From Candidatus Moraniibacteriota bacterium (lineage in GTDB: Bacteria; Patescibacteriota; Minisyncoccia; Moranbacterales; UBA1568): DNA of 64,000 nt. The stretch is taken from assembly GCA_016699385.1 (NCBI GenBank), contig CP064974.1, positions 1,018,617 to 1,082,616 of the forward strand, in the 5' to 3' direction. Of the stretch, positions 19,336 to 28,223 are shown piece by piece. The notes under the pieces were generated by a model that saw only the letters and a list, made by a program, of their open reading frames with translations, ran no database searches and was not told the DNA's origin. How positions within the stretch are numbered: the stretch's first letter is position 1; each line of letters starts with the position of its first letter. Made by a program: the position numbers and the translations under genes.

Positions 19336-20052
19336 TTACCTTTTTTCTTCAAATCCTTCTTTTTCGATAATCCGTCGGGCAAGCAATCCGTCTCCGGTTT
19401 TTACAATTTTCCCATTTCCCATAACGAGTGTTTCATCTGGTGGAAGGAGGTCAAGAAATGCAAATGAGTGCGTAATGAAGACGAAAGTTTGTTCTGCTGA
19501 GCGATGCGTTTTGAGAAAGTTCCCGATAGTTTTCTGCGCATCAACATCGACACCGGTATCGAGCTCGTCAAAGAAGGAAATTTTTGGCATGAGGAGCGCC
19601 CAGAGAAGTGCTTCGAACTTTTTCTTTTCCCCGCCCGAGAAGCCGTCGTGGAGACCGCGATGGAGGAGGGTTGTCGGAATAGCAAGTTGCTTTGCATAGG
19701 ATTCTACCTGCCGACGTGTTTCGAGCGCACTTGCTTTTGGGAGTGCAAATCGCAGAAGAGCAAAGATGGAGACGCCAGGAAGTGGCGGCGGTGATTGGAA
19801 GGAACCAAAGATACCGAGCTTCGCTCGTTTATCTGGAGAGAGCGGCAGTATTGATTGTGAGTCCCAGAGTATGTCTGATGTTTCGTGCACCTGTATGCTG
19901 GGGTGTCCGAGCACGGTGCTTGCGAGTGTTGATTTTCCAGAGCCATTTGGTCCGAGGAGCGCGTAGGTTTTGCTCATCTCAAATGAGAGAGAGATATTGT
20001 TGAGGATTGGCTTGTTTCCTATTGAGGCGGTGAGGGTTCTGATTTCAAGCAT
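19336..20052 (-). CDS. sufC: Fe-S assembly ATPase
   Basis: Walker A 'GPNGSGKST', ABC signature 'FSGGEKKK', 238 aa. Confidence 0.85.
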   Translation of the reverse strand: MLEIRTLTASIGNKPILNNISLSFEMSKTYALLGPNGSGKSTLASTVLGHPSIQVHETSDILWDSQSILPLSPDKRAKLGIFGSFQSPPPLPGVSIFALLRFALPKASALETRRQVESYAKQLAIPTTLLHRGLHDGFSGGEKKKFEALLWALLMPKISFFDELDTGVDVDAQKTIGNFLKTHRSAEQTFVFITHSFAFLDLLPPDETLVMGNGKIVKTGDGLLARRIIEKEGFEEKR

Positions 20053-20061
20053 AAAGAAATG

Positions 20062-20490
20062 TTAGACGAACTGTTTTGTACGAGCTTCTTGAGGTACGAG
20101 ATCGGCGAGCGTGACGCGAGAGAGAGTATTCTTGACCGTGCTCTCGAGTTGTTCCCAGACGTTTTTGGTCTGACAGTGTGTCATGACGGGGCAGGGCGAG
20201 AGTATGCCAGAGAATGCGGGATGTAGAGCCTCTTTGAATCCACCATCGAGTGTCTCGATGATGTCCCAGGAAGTGATTTCTTGGGGCGGCTTTGCGAGGG
20301 TATAGCCACCATGGGCGCCCTTTTCGGATACGACGAACCCGCTTCGCTTCAGGTGCTGGAGAATTTTCTCGAGGTAGTCCTCTGGAAGATGCTCTTCTTG
20401 GGCGAGAACATGTACCGAGCAACCGCGCGGATGTCGGGTGAGTGCCGCGAGAGCGCTCAGTCCATAAGATGCCTTCCGAGATATTCGCAT
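20062..20490 (-). CDS. Rrf2-family transcriptional regulator (IscR/SufR-like)
   Basis: 'MRISRKASYGLSALAAL' wHTH N-terminus; Cys cluster 'SPCPVMTHCQ'; heads the suf operon. Confidence 0.8.
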   Translation of the reverse strand: MRISRKASYGLSALAALTRHPRGCSVHVLAQEEHLPEDYLEKILQHLKRSGFVVSEKGAHGGYTLAKPPQEITSWDIIETLDGGFKEALHPAFSGILSPCPVMTHCQTKNVWEQLESTVKNTLSRVTLADLVPQEARTKQFV

Positions 20491-20674
20491 AAAGAGGGTT
20501 GAGGTTTGAAAAACGGACTCTTTCAGTCCGATTTGGAGTATACGCGATGAACATCGATTGTGTCAAGGTAATCTTTTGACTCGTCTCGAACTCTCGTGTA
20601 GGATAAAGCTGGTTCATGCTTGGGAATAGAAGATGATACATTGAGAACAGTCTCTTTCTTTTTTCTCTTACCCT

Positions 20675-22177
20675 ATGGCGCGTCGACCAGCTTCTCGTAC
20701 TGTTTCGCCAAAGAAGAATCGCAAAGCTTCGCCTTCAAAGAAGAAGCCCGTATTGCGGTCGGCGAAGCGTTCATCCCGAGGAACTTCCAAGCAATCGAAA
20801 ACTTCCATGAAGCATCTCAAGAACAAAAACATGAAATCTCCTCGGAAAACTTCTGCTTCAGTGAGTCATACAAAGAAGAAGCCCTCTACAAAGGTATCAA
20901 AGAAACCGCTGAAGAAATCGACTGTGAAACAGAAGGCGCCGAAGAAATTGTCGCCAAAGAAACCCGCTTCGAAACAGCGTGTGCCAGTTGAGAAAAAAAT
21001 ACCGCTTACAAAGAAAGACCGTGAAGTGAAGAGACAAGAGAAGGAAACCAAACGTGCCAATGCGTTTGAAGAGCTTCTTTTTCGTGGGCGTCAGCGGGGC
21101 TTCGTGACCGAGGATGAAATCATTCACATTTTGCCGGATATTGAGCAAGATTTGGAGAACCTGGAGAATCTCTACGAAAAATTTGAGACGAGCGGTGTCA
21201 AAGTCGTGGATTCGAACGACATGCTGAAACTCGAGACCGACAAAATCGGTGAGTCATTTTCGGACAAGAAAGGAAAATCAAAGAAGAAAGCCAAAGAGAC
21301 CACTTCTCTTATGGGTGGTGTCGATCGTCCTGAGGAGGGTGCTGGTGATTCATCGGACCTCGTGCAGATGTATCTCAAGGAAATTGGGCGTGTGCCGCTT
21401 ATCTCCGGACAGGAAGAAGTACGACTCGCCAAAGCGATGGAAGCGGGTGATGCTTCGGCAAAGCAGCGACTTACCGAAGCAAACCTTCGGCTCGTCGTGT
21501 CTATTGCCAAGAAATATGTCGGACGATCGCACAATCTCTCTTTGCTCGACCTCGTGCAGGAAGGAAATATCGGACTTTTTCGCGCGGTGGAGAAGTTTGA
21601 CTTCCGTAAAGGTTTCAAATTTTCGACCTATGCAACGTGGTGGATACGCCAAGCAATCACGCGCGCACTTGCTGATCAGTCGCGCACCATTCGTATCCCT
21701 GTCCACATGGTGGAGACAATCAACAAGTATTCCCAGGTGACGCGTCGCCTCGTGCAAGAGCTTGGGCGCGAACCGCTCCCTGAGGAAATCGCTGTCGAAA
21801 TGGGTGTTGAAGTGGAGAAAATTCGCCATATTCAAAAAATTTCCCAAGAAACCGTTTCACTCGAGACAAGTGTCGGCTCGGACGATGATGAGAGTGTTTT
21901 GGGCGACTTCATCGAAGACACTGAGACAATCATGCCAAACCAATCGGCGGCACGGAAGCTCCTCTCGGGTCATATCGCCGAGGTTTTGGAAGAGCTGTCA
22001 CCTCGCGAACAAAAAATTCTCAAAATCCGCTTCGGTCTCGAGGATGGCATCGTGCACACGCTTGAAGAAGTAGGACAGGAATTTGGCGTGACGCGCGAAC
22101 GCATCCGTCAGATTGAAGCCAAAGCTCTTGAGAAGATCCGGGATCACGATATTGTGAAGAAGCTGAGGGATTATTGA
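20675..22177 (+). CDS. rpoD: RNA polymerase sigma-70 factor RpoD with Lys-rich histone-like N-terminal tail
   Basis: Regions 1.2-4 canonical ('[40 protein letters not shown]', '[24 protein letters not shown]'); first ~115 aa KKP/KKS-rich. Confidence 0.85.
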   Translation: MARRPASRTVSPKKNRKASPSKKKPVLRSAKRSSRGTSKQSKTSMKHLKNKNMKSPRKTSASVSHTKKKPSTKVSKKPLKKSTVKQKAPKKLSPKKPASKQRVPVEKKIPLTKKDREVKRQEKETKRANAFEELLFRGRQRGFVTEDEIIHILPDIEQDLENLENLYEKFETSGVKVVDSNDMLKLETDKIGESFSDKKGKSKKKAKETTSLMGGVDRPEEGAGDSSDLVQMYLKEIGRVPLISGQEEVRLAKAMEAGDASAKQRLTEANLRLVVSIAKKYVGRSHNLSLLDLVQEGNIGLFRAVEKFDFRKGFKFSTYATWWIRQAITRALADQSRTIRIPVHMVETINKYSQVTRRLVQELGREPLPEEIAVEMGVEVEKIRHIQKISQETVSLETSVGSDDDESVLGDFIEDTETIMPNQSAARKLLSGHIAEVLEELSPREQKILKIRFGLEDGIVHTLEEVGQEFGVTRERIRQIEAKALEKIRDHDIVKKLRDY

Positions 22178-22268
22178 AACTTTTCTCAGCGTAGGTTCTT
22201 GTTCTTTGTTAATGTTTTCGTTGTTTCTCCAATCCCAATTTCCGGATATTTCCGGAGAGGAGCATGCT

Positions 22269-22523
22269 ATGTGTCTTGCGATTCCAGTCGAAGTACTCGA
22301 CCTCTTGGAAGGTGAACGGGCAGTTGTCGAGATGGGCGGTGTCAGAAAGACGGTTTCTGCAGCGCTCATAGACGGTTTGAAAGTTGGCGACTATGTGATT
22401 GTCCATACCGGATTTATCTTGGAAAAGATGGACATCGAAGAAGCAGAGAGAACGCTTGCTCTCATGAAGGAGTACGCCTCAAATGCGGATAATTTCGAAA
22501 GCGATGTTCCTTATGCTGCTTAG
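22269..22523 (+). CDS. hypC: [NiFe]-hydrogenase maturation chaperone HypC/HupF family
   Basis: Starts 'MCLAIP', '[13 protein letters not shown]' core; true start at internal Met of longer ORF 22206..22523. Confidence 0.7.
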   Translation: MCLAIPVEVLDLLEGERAVVEMGGVRKTVSAALIDGLKVGDYVIVHTGFILEKMDIEEAERTLALMKEYASNADNFESDVPYAA

Positions 22524-22592
22524 GAAAGAGGTATGTAGGCAGGATGAGGCATTCTTATTTCACGATTCTTAGGAAGATTGTTCTTTCTGGTT

Positions 22593-22621
22593 TCCAGACT
22601 GCTTGCAAAAGGTGGCGTGGT
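22593..22621 (+). promoter_or_regulatory. putative sigma-70 promoter for tRNA-Asn
   Basis: TTGCAA -17 nt- TATACT about 53 nt upstream of tRNA. Confidence 0.35.
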
Positions 22622-22674
22622 TGCCTATACTACTGTGGAAAGTCGCCAGAGGAAGCGACTTTCCACTATCATAT

Positions 22675-22746
22675 TCCGGCGTAGCTCAGCGGTAGAGCGA
22701 GGGACTGTTAATCCCCAGGTCGCAGGTTCGAATCCTGCCGCCGGAG
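22675..22746 (+). tRNA. tRNA-Asn (anticodon GTT)
   Basis: Cloverleaf by eye: acceptor TCCGGCG/CGCCGGA, D-arm GCTCAGCGGTAGAGC, anticodon loop CTGTTAA, T-arm GCAGGTTCGAATCCTGC; CCA not encoded. Confidence 0.85.
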
Positions 22747-24384
22747 CATCATAGGACTCTGGGCATATTCTGCCCAGAGTTTTGTTGCATCTAAGGGCAA
22801 ATTGAGAGGTTCTAACCGATTTCGAATTGCTTTTTCCTCTTTTGCTAACTCTTCCATCGTGATAAGCTCATTTTTCCTTGTAATGCGCAGTTTTCTGTCT
22901 TTCAAGAGAAGGTTCGAACCGAGATAGGACAACACATCTTTCTTTTCCTCAATCGTCCCTCGTTCAAAGCGGATTTTCCCAACCTCGGCAAAGTTGAAGA
23001 GGTATTCTGCCCGCTCCAACCAGTCATCAACCGCTTTGTCTGTTTCTTCCAACAACCCCATCAGGCGTTTCCTCTCTGTTTCCAAAACAGCCTTCTTACG
23101 GAGGAAGGTTTCCTCATCAATCTGTCCTTTAGCTCGCATTGTTACCAGTCCGTCATACTCTGCTACGCAAGTATTGTAGGCTTTCTGTTGTGATGAAATC
23201 ATTGTCTTCTTGTCAGAGAACTCTCGCCCACTATCTTCCCCGATGATTTTCATCGCCAGCTCCCTGAACTCTGGGGGGATGGCAATAGCATCCAACTCTT
23301 TCATTATCTGGTCTTCCAGCTCATTATCGCGTATGGTTTTCTGCTTGCACAAACCTTTTCGTTTGGTGCAGTGGTAATAGGTATAGTGTCGGGTGATGCC
23401 GTTTTTCTGGTGCTTGGTTTTGTTTTCAGCCGTGATAAGACATCCGCACTCCTCACAGCGAATCATCCCTGTAAAGGCGAAGGTATAGGTTCGGAGGCGC
23501 GGGTTGCCTTTCCTCCCCAAAAGTTCCTGAATGTGGTCGTATTCGCCCCTCTCTATCATCGGCTCGTGTTTCCCCTGATACCAGTTGCCGCTTTTCTTTG
23601 GGTATTCAAACTCTCCATAGTAGAAGGGGTCGGTGAAGATACGATATGCAGTGCTTCTCGTCATTTTTCCACCATTCTTCATTCGCAAGCCCCACTCGTT
23701 TGTTGCAATGTCTAAAATCTTGGGCGGTGTATAGTTTCCTGTCAGCATCAGGTCAAACATTTTCCTTACGAGTGGAAAGCGTTCCTCATCTCTGGTGATT
23801 TCTTTATCGCCTTTCTTCTTGAGGGGATTGTGGATATAGCCGATGGTTGAAAAGGAAGGATACCAGCCACGCTCCGCTTTGGAACGAAGTCCGCGCTTGG
23901 CATCCACGCTCAAGTCCCGCACGAATTGATTTGCCATTCCTAGCTCTACCGCCATCACGATGACATTATCAGTAGGATAGTAGCTTCTGCCGTAAGTGTA
24001 GATATGCTTCACGATATTTTGTTGCAGCATCCAGCTCACTTCTCCGCCATCAATCGGATTTCGTGCCAAGCGGTTCAGTTTCCAACAGATGATACCGTCC
24101 GCCTCTCCCTTCTTGATGCGTTGCATCATATCCGCAAAGACTTCACGCCCTGGAGCTTTTGCCGATTTTGATTCGGAAAAAACTTTGACGACATTCAGAT
24201 TGTTTTCTTCTGCCAGTTTTGTCAGCTCGTCTATCTGGGAGTCAATGGATGCCATCTGCCTGTCCTCGCTCTCGGAAGATTTCCGAGCATAGATGAAGTA
24301 GCGGTTCGCATCACTGTTTTGTTGGTTGTTCATATAATTATAATTTTGGATACTCAAAAGGCGGCTCTGGCACCCAACATACAC
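22708..24384 (-). CDS. large serine recombinase (integrase)
   Basis: 'FIYARKSSESEDRQ...SIDSQ' catalytic Ser motif, 'WKLNRLARN', recombinase domain, zinc ribbon 'CEECGC...YYHC', coiled-coil; 3' end overlaps tRNA-Asn. Confidence 0.8.
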   Translation of the reverse strand: MYVGCQSRLLSIQNYNYMNNQQNSDANRYFIYARKSSESEDRQMASIDSQIDELTKLAEENNLNVVKVFSESKSAKAPGREVFADMMQRIKKGEADGIICWKLNRLARNPIDGGEVSWMLQQNIVKHIYTYGRSYYPTDNVIVMAVELGMANQFVRDLSVDAKRGLRSKAERGWYPSFSTIGYIHNPLKKKGDKEITRDEERFPLVRKMFDLMLTGNYTPPKILDIATNEWGLRMKNGGKMTRSTAYRIFTDPFYYGEFEYPKKSGNWYQGKHEPMIERGEYDHIQELLGRKGNPRLRTYTFAFTGMIRCEECGCLITAENKTKHQKNGITRHYTYYHCTKRKGLCKQKTIRDNELEDQIMKELDAIAIPPEFRELAMKIIGEDSGREFSDKKTMISSQQKAYNTCVAEYDGLVTMRAKGQIDEETFLRKKAVLETERKRLMGLLEETDKAVDDWLERAEYLFNFAEVGKIRFERGTIEEKKDVLSYLGSNLLLKDRKLRITRKNELITMEELAKEEKAIRNRLEPLNLPLDATKLWAEYAQSPMMLRRQDSNLRPGD

Positions 24385-24460
24385 CTACGAAGGCTTTTGT
24401 CGGCAGAACCGCCTTTTCAGGACAAAATAAAATCGTAGGATTGTAATATGCTGGGTGCAT

Positions 24461-25069
24461 CTATATTATACCAGATTTCTTGGATTTCTCGTAGAGGAAG
24501 CCAGCCTGTCTGTAGAGCCGTTCAAGTCGCCGTTGCTTCTTTGTTGGGCGCCCTCGGTAGTAGGGTGTCTTTATCTTTTCCTCCAGCTTTTCAATTTTTT
24601 GGTCTATATCAAGGATGGAAAAGAGTGGATGGTAGCGATAACTTCTGTTCTGTTTTTTCGAGCTGTAAGTGAGGTCGTAGCAATGCCTACAGGCGAAGTA
24701 GTCTCCATCCTTATAAAGCACTCCTACGCGCCTCCCGCAGTAGTTACCGCTTTGATACCACGTACAGATGAACCAGAAACGCTTGCCTCCATAGCGGCAG
24801 GGAGTTGTCGTTAGTGGTATTTTGTAGTCAAAGTCCTTCTTCTCCTCTGTAGAGTGGTCGGTTTGGGTATAGTGGATGCGAAGATAGTTTTCGCCGTTCA
24901 TCGTAGATACCTCAATCCCAACACTACTTTTATTTTCAGACCAGCCGCTTGTCCAAGTGATAGTACCAGAGCGCCATCCGCAGAAATACTCGTGCTTTCT
25001 CAAGAAGCTCGCTTTGATTTTCTTTACATCATCAGCCTCTGTTTTTCCACCATATGACCATCTGCCCAT
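24461..25069 (-). CDS. hypothetical protein with Cys-rich zinc-ribbon-like region
   Basis: 202 aa; 'CRYGGKRFWFIC...CGRR...CRHC'. Confidence 0.4.
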   Translation of the reverse strand: MGRWSYGGKTEADDVKKIKASFLRKHEYFCGWRSGTITWTSGWSENKSSVGIEVSTMNGENYLRIHYTQTDHSTEEKKDFDYKIPLTTTPCRYGGKRFWFICTWYQSGNYCGRRVGVLYKDGDYFACRHCYDLTYSSKKQNRSYRYHPLFSILDIDQKIEKLEEKIKTPYYRGRPTKKQRRLERLYRQAGFLYEKSKKSGII

Positions 25070-25110
25070 ATTGAGATATTTTTACCGAAATCATTTGAGA
25101 ATAGACTGTT

Positions 25111-27318
25111 TTAATCGAGTCCGCTTTCAACAATTGTTCCGCCGAGCATTTCCACTGCCATTTCAATCGCCAGTTTTTCATCATCTTTTACCCCACCCCC
25201 CGTTTCACTGTTTCCTTCAACGCTTTCTTTCTCTGGAGTGGTAGCAGGGAAGATGAGGATTTTCCGCTTGTCGTTTGGGTCTTGTTCCTGGGTGATGAGT
25301 CCCGCTGTTTCCAGCATCGGGAGTATCTGCATCCGAAGTAGACTATTATCCAGCATCTTTCCGTGGACTTTGTAATGCTTTTGTAGTATTTCTTGGCGGG
25401 TGATGCCGAGCTTGCCTGTTATGTCTTCAAAACTCGCACTCCGTCCATCATTTTTTTCTTTCCAAGCAGAGAGGATGATTTCTTGATAGAGGTCGTAAAC
25501 ATAGGGCGGAAGGTTGAGTTCCTGGCTCACGGAAATCTTTGCCCAGAGTTTGAATGCCTCATCCACATCGCTTGCGTTAGCAATGATTGTTTTTCCTTCT
25601 TTCTCTCGCCACCAAAGATTGAGAATAGCGAATGACTTGATGATAGAGATGAGGCGTTTGATGTCGCGTGAGTGGCGAGGCTTGAGCATTTTACATTGTG
25701 AGAGGAATTGTTCCTTCACCGCACTCTCCGCATCAATCTTTATGTCGTGGATATTCGCTTGCTTGATAGCACGGATGCGTTCTTTGAGAAGCGCCCGCTC
25801 GGGGTCTTCTTCCAGCCAAGCATTGAATGCGTCGCTATCGGATGCTTTTCTCACAGCTTGCGAAATACTTTCCCTGATTTTGTCCTGATTTATCTCGGGG
25901 CTAAGAAGGAGAAAACGAGTTGCTTCCTGTTCATCTATCTGGAGTCCTGCCGTGCAGAAAATGACGGATGGATAACCGCGTAGAATGATGTTCTTGGTGC
26001 GGAGTCCGTGCTTCTCTCCTTTGTCGGTAATCTTGATATTGATTTCTTTCTTGTCGTGAGAGAGGAGCGGACGCAGATGAGCGAGAAGGTTGCTATGTGG
26101 TTGGTCTAGGAAGATGACTATTTTCCGCGAGAGGTCTACGAGATAGCCTTGCAGTTCTTTGTTGAACTCTCCTGCATCGTGGAAGAAGGCGGTGGGAGAA
26201 CAATAGGCAAGCTCCATCACATCCTCCTCGGGGAAGAGTCGTGCTATCTCGGTCGGGATATAACTTTTACCAGTGGAGGAGGGGGCATTGAAGCTGATAT
26301 TGAATTGTGAATCTTCAGAATAGGCGGATAGCTCGCAGAGGAACGCAGCTATCTTGTTTTCTACATCGTGCTTGATGGTGAGATTGAGGATATTGGCGAG
26401 GTCTTGAGAGGAAAGGGGGGAGAAGTGTGCAGGGTCAATCTTTTCAGGATAGGGCGTTGCTAGTGAAAGCAATTCTTCCGTCGTCCCGCTGTGTTTGGTG
26501 AAGTAGTCGGTGATATCTCCGCCCGCCCCCAGTGTTTCAGGGAGATGGATGATATGAGTTTCGGGTGCATTCAATTCTGCAATCAATCCCGCTGCTCGCT
26601 CTGCTCCCTTCTTGCCTGCCGTATCATTGTCGTAGCAAACGAAAACATTAGAGAACTGGCTGAAGTGTTCCGCCCATTCCTCTTTGAAAGTTCCCGCGCC
26701 GTGCGTAGAAGTTACGGCAGCGATACCTTTGGACTCCAAAAGCAATCTGTCCATCTCTCCCTCGCAGAGAACGAGTCTATCAATGCCAGGTTTTGAGAGG
26801 TTTTCCCAGTCGTAGAGTTGGGCGCTTACCCCTTTGGGATAGGTGATTTTGTCATCTCCGAAGTTGGGGTCTTGGCGGAGCTTGAAGAAGGCGTAGTTTC
26901 CAAAGGTGTCTTTGATGGGGATGGTAATCCACTTCTTGCGATAAAAAGTTCCATAGCCGAGCTTGAACCGTGTGATAGTCTCGTCGCTTATACCACGCGC
27001 ATTGAGATATTGGCGGATACCCAAGGGCAGTTTCTGATAGCAGTCTTCCATGAGTTCTACGCTGAACTCCTGCTTGGGCGTTCTCGGTGTCCCTGAACTG
27101 TCCCCGCAGTGTTTCTTCAGGGTAAGGAGGTTTCCTTTCGCACCACATTTCTTGCAGTCGTATTGTCCCGTCTCTTTATTGAAATACAGATGGGCTTCTC
27201 CCTCTCGGCTGTCCTGGTCGCAGGAACTGAAAAGGCACTTGGTGATGAGTTCATTTCCCCGCTCGGTGTAGGGGATGTTTTTTTCATTGAGATATTCGCT
27301 AATGGTCTGTGGGGTCAT
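25111..27318 (-). CDS. DNA primase (Zn-finger + Toprim) fused to P-loop NTPase domain, phage/plasmid replicative type
   Basis: 'CLFSSCDQ...CKKCGAKG' zinc finger, Toprim 'LVLCEGEMDRLLL...YDNDTAGKKG', Walker A 'APSSTGKS'. Confidence 0.65.
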   Translation of the reverse strand: MTPQTISEYLNEKNIPYTERGNELITKCLFSSCDQDSREGEAHLYFNKETGQYDCKKCGAKGNLLTLKKHCGDSSGTPRTPKQEFSVELMEDCYQKLPLGIRQYLNARGISDETITRFKLGYGTFYRKKWITIPIKDTFGNYAFFKLRQDPNFGDDKITYPKGVSAQLYDWENLSKPGIDRLVLCEGEMDRLLLESKGIAAVTSTHGAGTFKEEWAEHFSQFSNVFVCYDNDTAGKKGAERAAGLIAELNAPETHIIHLPETLGAGGDITDYFTKHSGTTEELLSLATPYPEKIDPAHFSPLSSQDLANILNLTIKHDVENKIAAFLCELSAYSEDSQFNISFNAPSSTGKSYIPTEIARLFPEEDVMELAYCSPTAFFHDAGEFNKELQGYLVDLSRKIVIFLDQPHSNLLAHLRPLLSHDKKEINIKITDKGEKHGLRTKNIILRGYPSVIFCTAGLQIDEQEATRFLLLSPEINQDKIRESISQAVRKASDSDAFNAWLEEDPERALLKERIRAIKQANIHDIKIDAESAVKEQFLSQCKMLKPRHSRDIKRLISIIKSFAILNLWWREKEGKTIIANASDVDEAFKLWAKISVSQELNLPPYVYDLYQEIILSAWKEKNDGRSASFEDITGKLGITRQEILQKHYKVHGKMLDNSLLRMQILPMLETAGLITQEQDPNDKRKILIFPATTPEKESVEGNSETGGGVKDDEKLAIEMAVEMLGGTIVESGLD

Positions 27319-27363
27319 AAAATTATGGTTAGAGAGTAATTGGTATGCTCTACGGAATTATGT

Positions 27364-27612
27364 TCACTGGCGGTCAGTTTTACCCCCAGTTTCTGTCGTC
27401 TTCAAGGGGTTTGAAAGGCAGTCCAGATGACGCAAGAGGACTCTTTTATCGCTTTGAGCATAGTCGTCCTTTTGCACGAGTTTTTGGAACCAACGATGCA
27501 GGATGGGTCGGGTGAAATGTTGTCCTTTCACTGCCTCGGCAAAACAGATGAAGGAACTCCAAAATGGTTTCTTCTCCATGATGTTTTTGAATCGTCTTTC
27601 AATTGATTTCAT
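27364..27612 (-). CDS. hypothetical protein
   Basis: 82-aa ORF in island replication module. Confidence 0.3.
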   Translation of the reverse strand: MKSIERRFKNIMEKKPFWSSFICFAEAVKGQHFTRPILHRWFQKLVQKDDYAQSDKRVLLRHLDCLSNPLKTTETGGKTDRQ

Positions 27613-27621
27613 AGCGTTTGC

Positions 27622-27807
27622 TTATTGGGTAATTTTCTGGCGTCGTTCTAGTTCGCGGAACTCTTCCTCGTCCATCGGCTTCAGGACAATTTTGAGGAAG
27701 CGGACAAGCGCTGCCAGTTTTTCACGCGCCTCTTCCACGCCGATTTCTTTCTTGAATCGGTTGAGGTAGAGTTCTTGGAACTTGGCGATGTGCTTGTCCG
27801 AGGGCAT
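27622..27807 (-). CDS. hypothetical helical protein
   Basis: 61-aa ORF, charged helical. Confidence 0.3.
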   Translation of the reverse strand: MPSDKHIAKFQELYLNRFKKEIGVEEAREKLAALVRFLKIVLKPMDEEEFRELERRQKITQ

Positions 27808-27812
27808 AGGGT

Positions 27813-28223
27813 TTATTCGCTGTAAATTCGGTTTTTGAGCATTTTTATCGTGTCAAAAAACCCTCTTGCTCCAAGAGAGAGCTTGTCTGCCCAATATTCT
27901 TTGAGGGCATCCTCTATGAGGGGGTCACGGCGAAAAATGAATTGAACCTTTCTGGGGTTCTCTCTGTTGAGAGAAACAAGCTCAAATCCTAGATGCACCA
28001 GGGCGGCGCTCCCGCCTAGGTCATGGCTATAGAAATAATGTTCCTTATCGTCCAGGGGAATGTATTCCAGCTCCTGGTCTCTGGGTTCTGCTGTAGCCAT
28101 AGTAATTTTGTTAATGATTATGGCCACTTCGGCAAAGAAAAAAGCCAAAGCGTTGTGCCTTGACTCTATGATTGTGAATGATTTGCGGATACCGCAGTGA
28201 AGAAAGTGAATGTTACTTTTCAA
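27813..28223 (-). CDS. hypothetical protein
   Basis: 136-aa ORF, probable internal start 'MATAEPRDQ'. Confidence 0.35.
   Translation of the reverse strand: MKSNIHFLHCGIRKSFTIIESRHNALAFFFAEVAIIINKITMATAEPRDQELEYIPLDDKEHYFYSHDLGGSAALVHLGFELVSLNRENPRKVQFIFRRDPLIEDALKEYWADKLSLGARGFFDTIKMLKNRIYSE

Noticed and set aside
20530-20560. Hairpin CGGACTCTTTCAGTCCG with flanking T/A runs upstream of the Rrf2 gene
   Set aside because: Terminator-like on the minus strand but no upstream minus-strand gene to terminate; more likely incidental or an operator; insufficient support.
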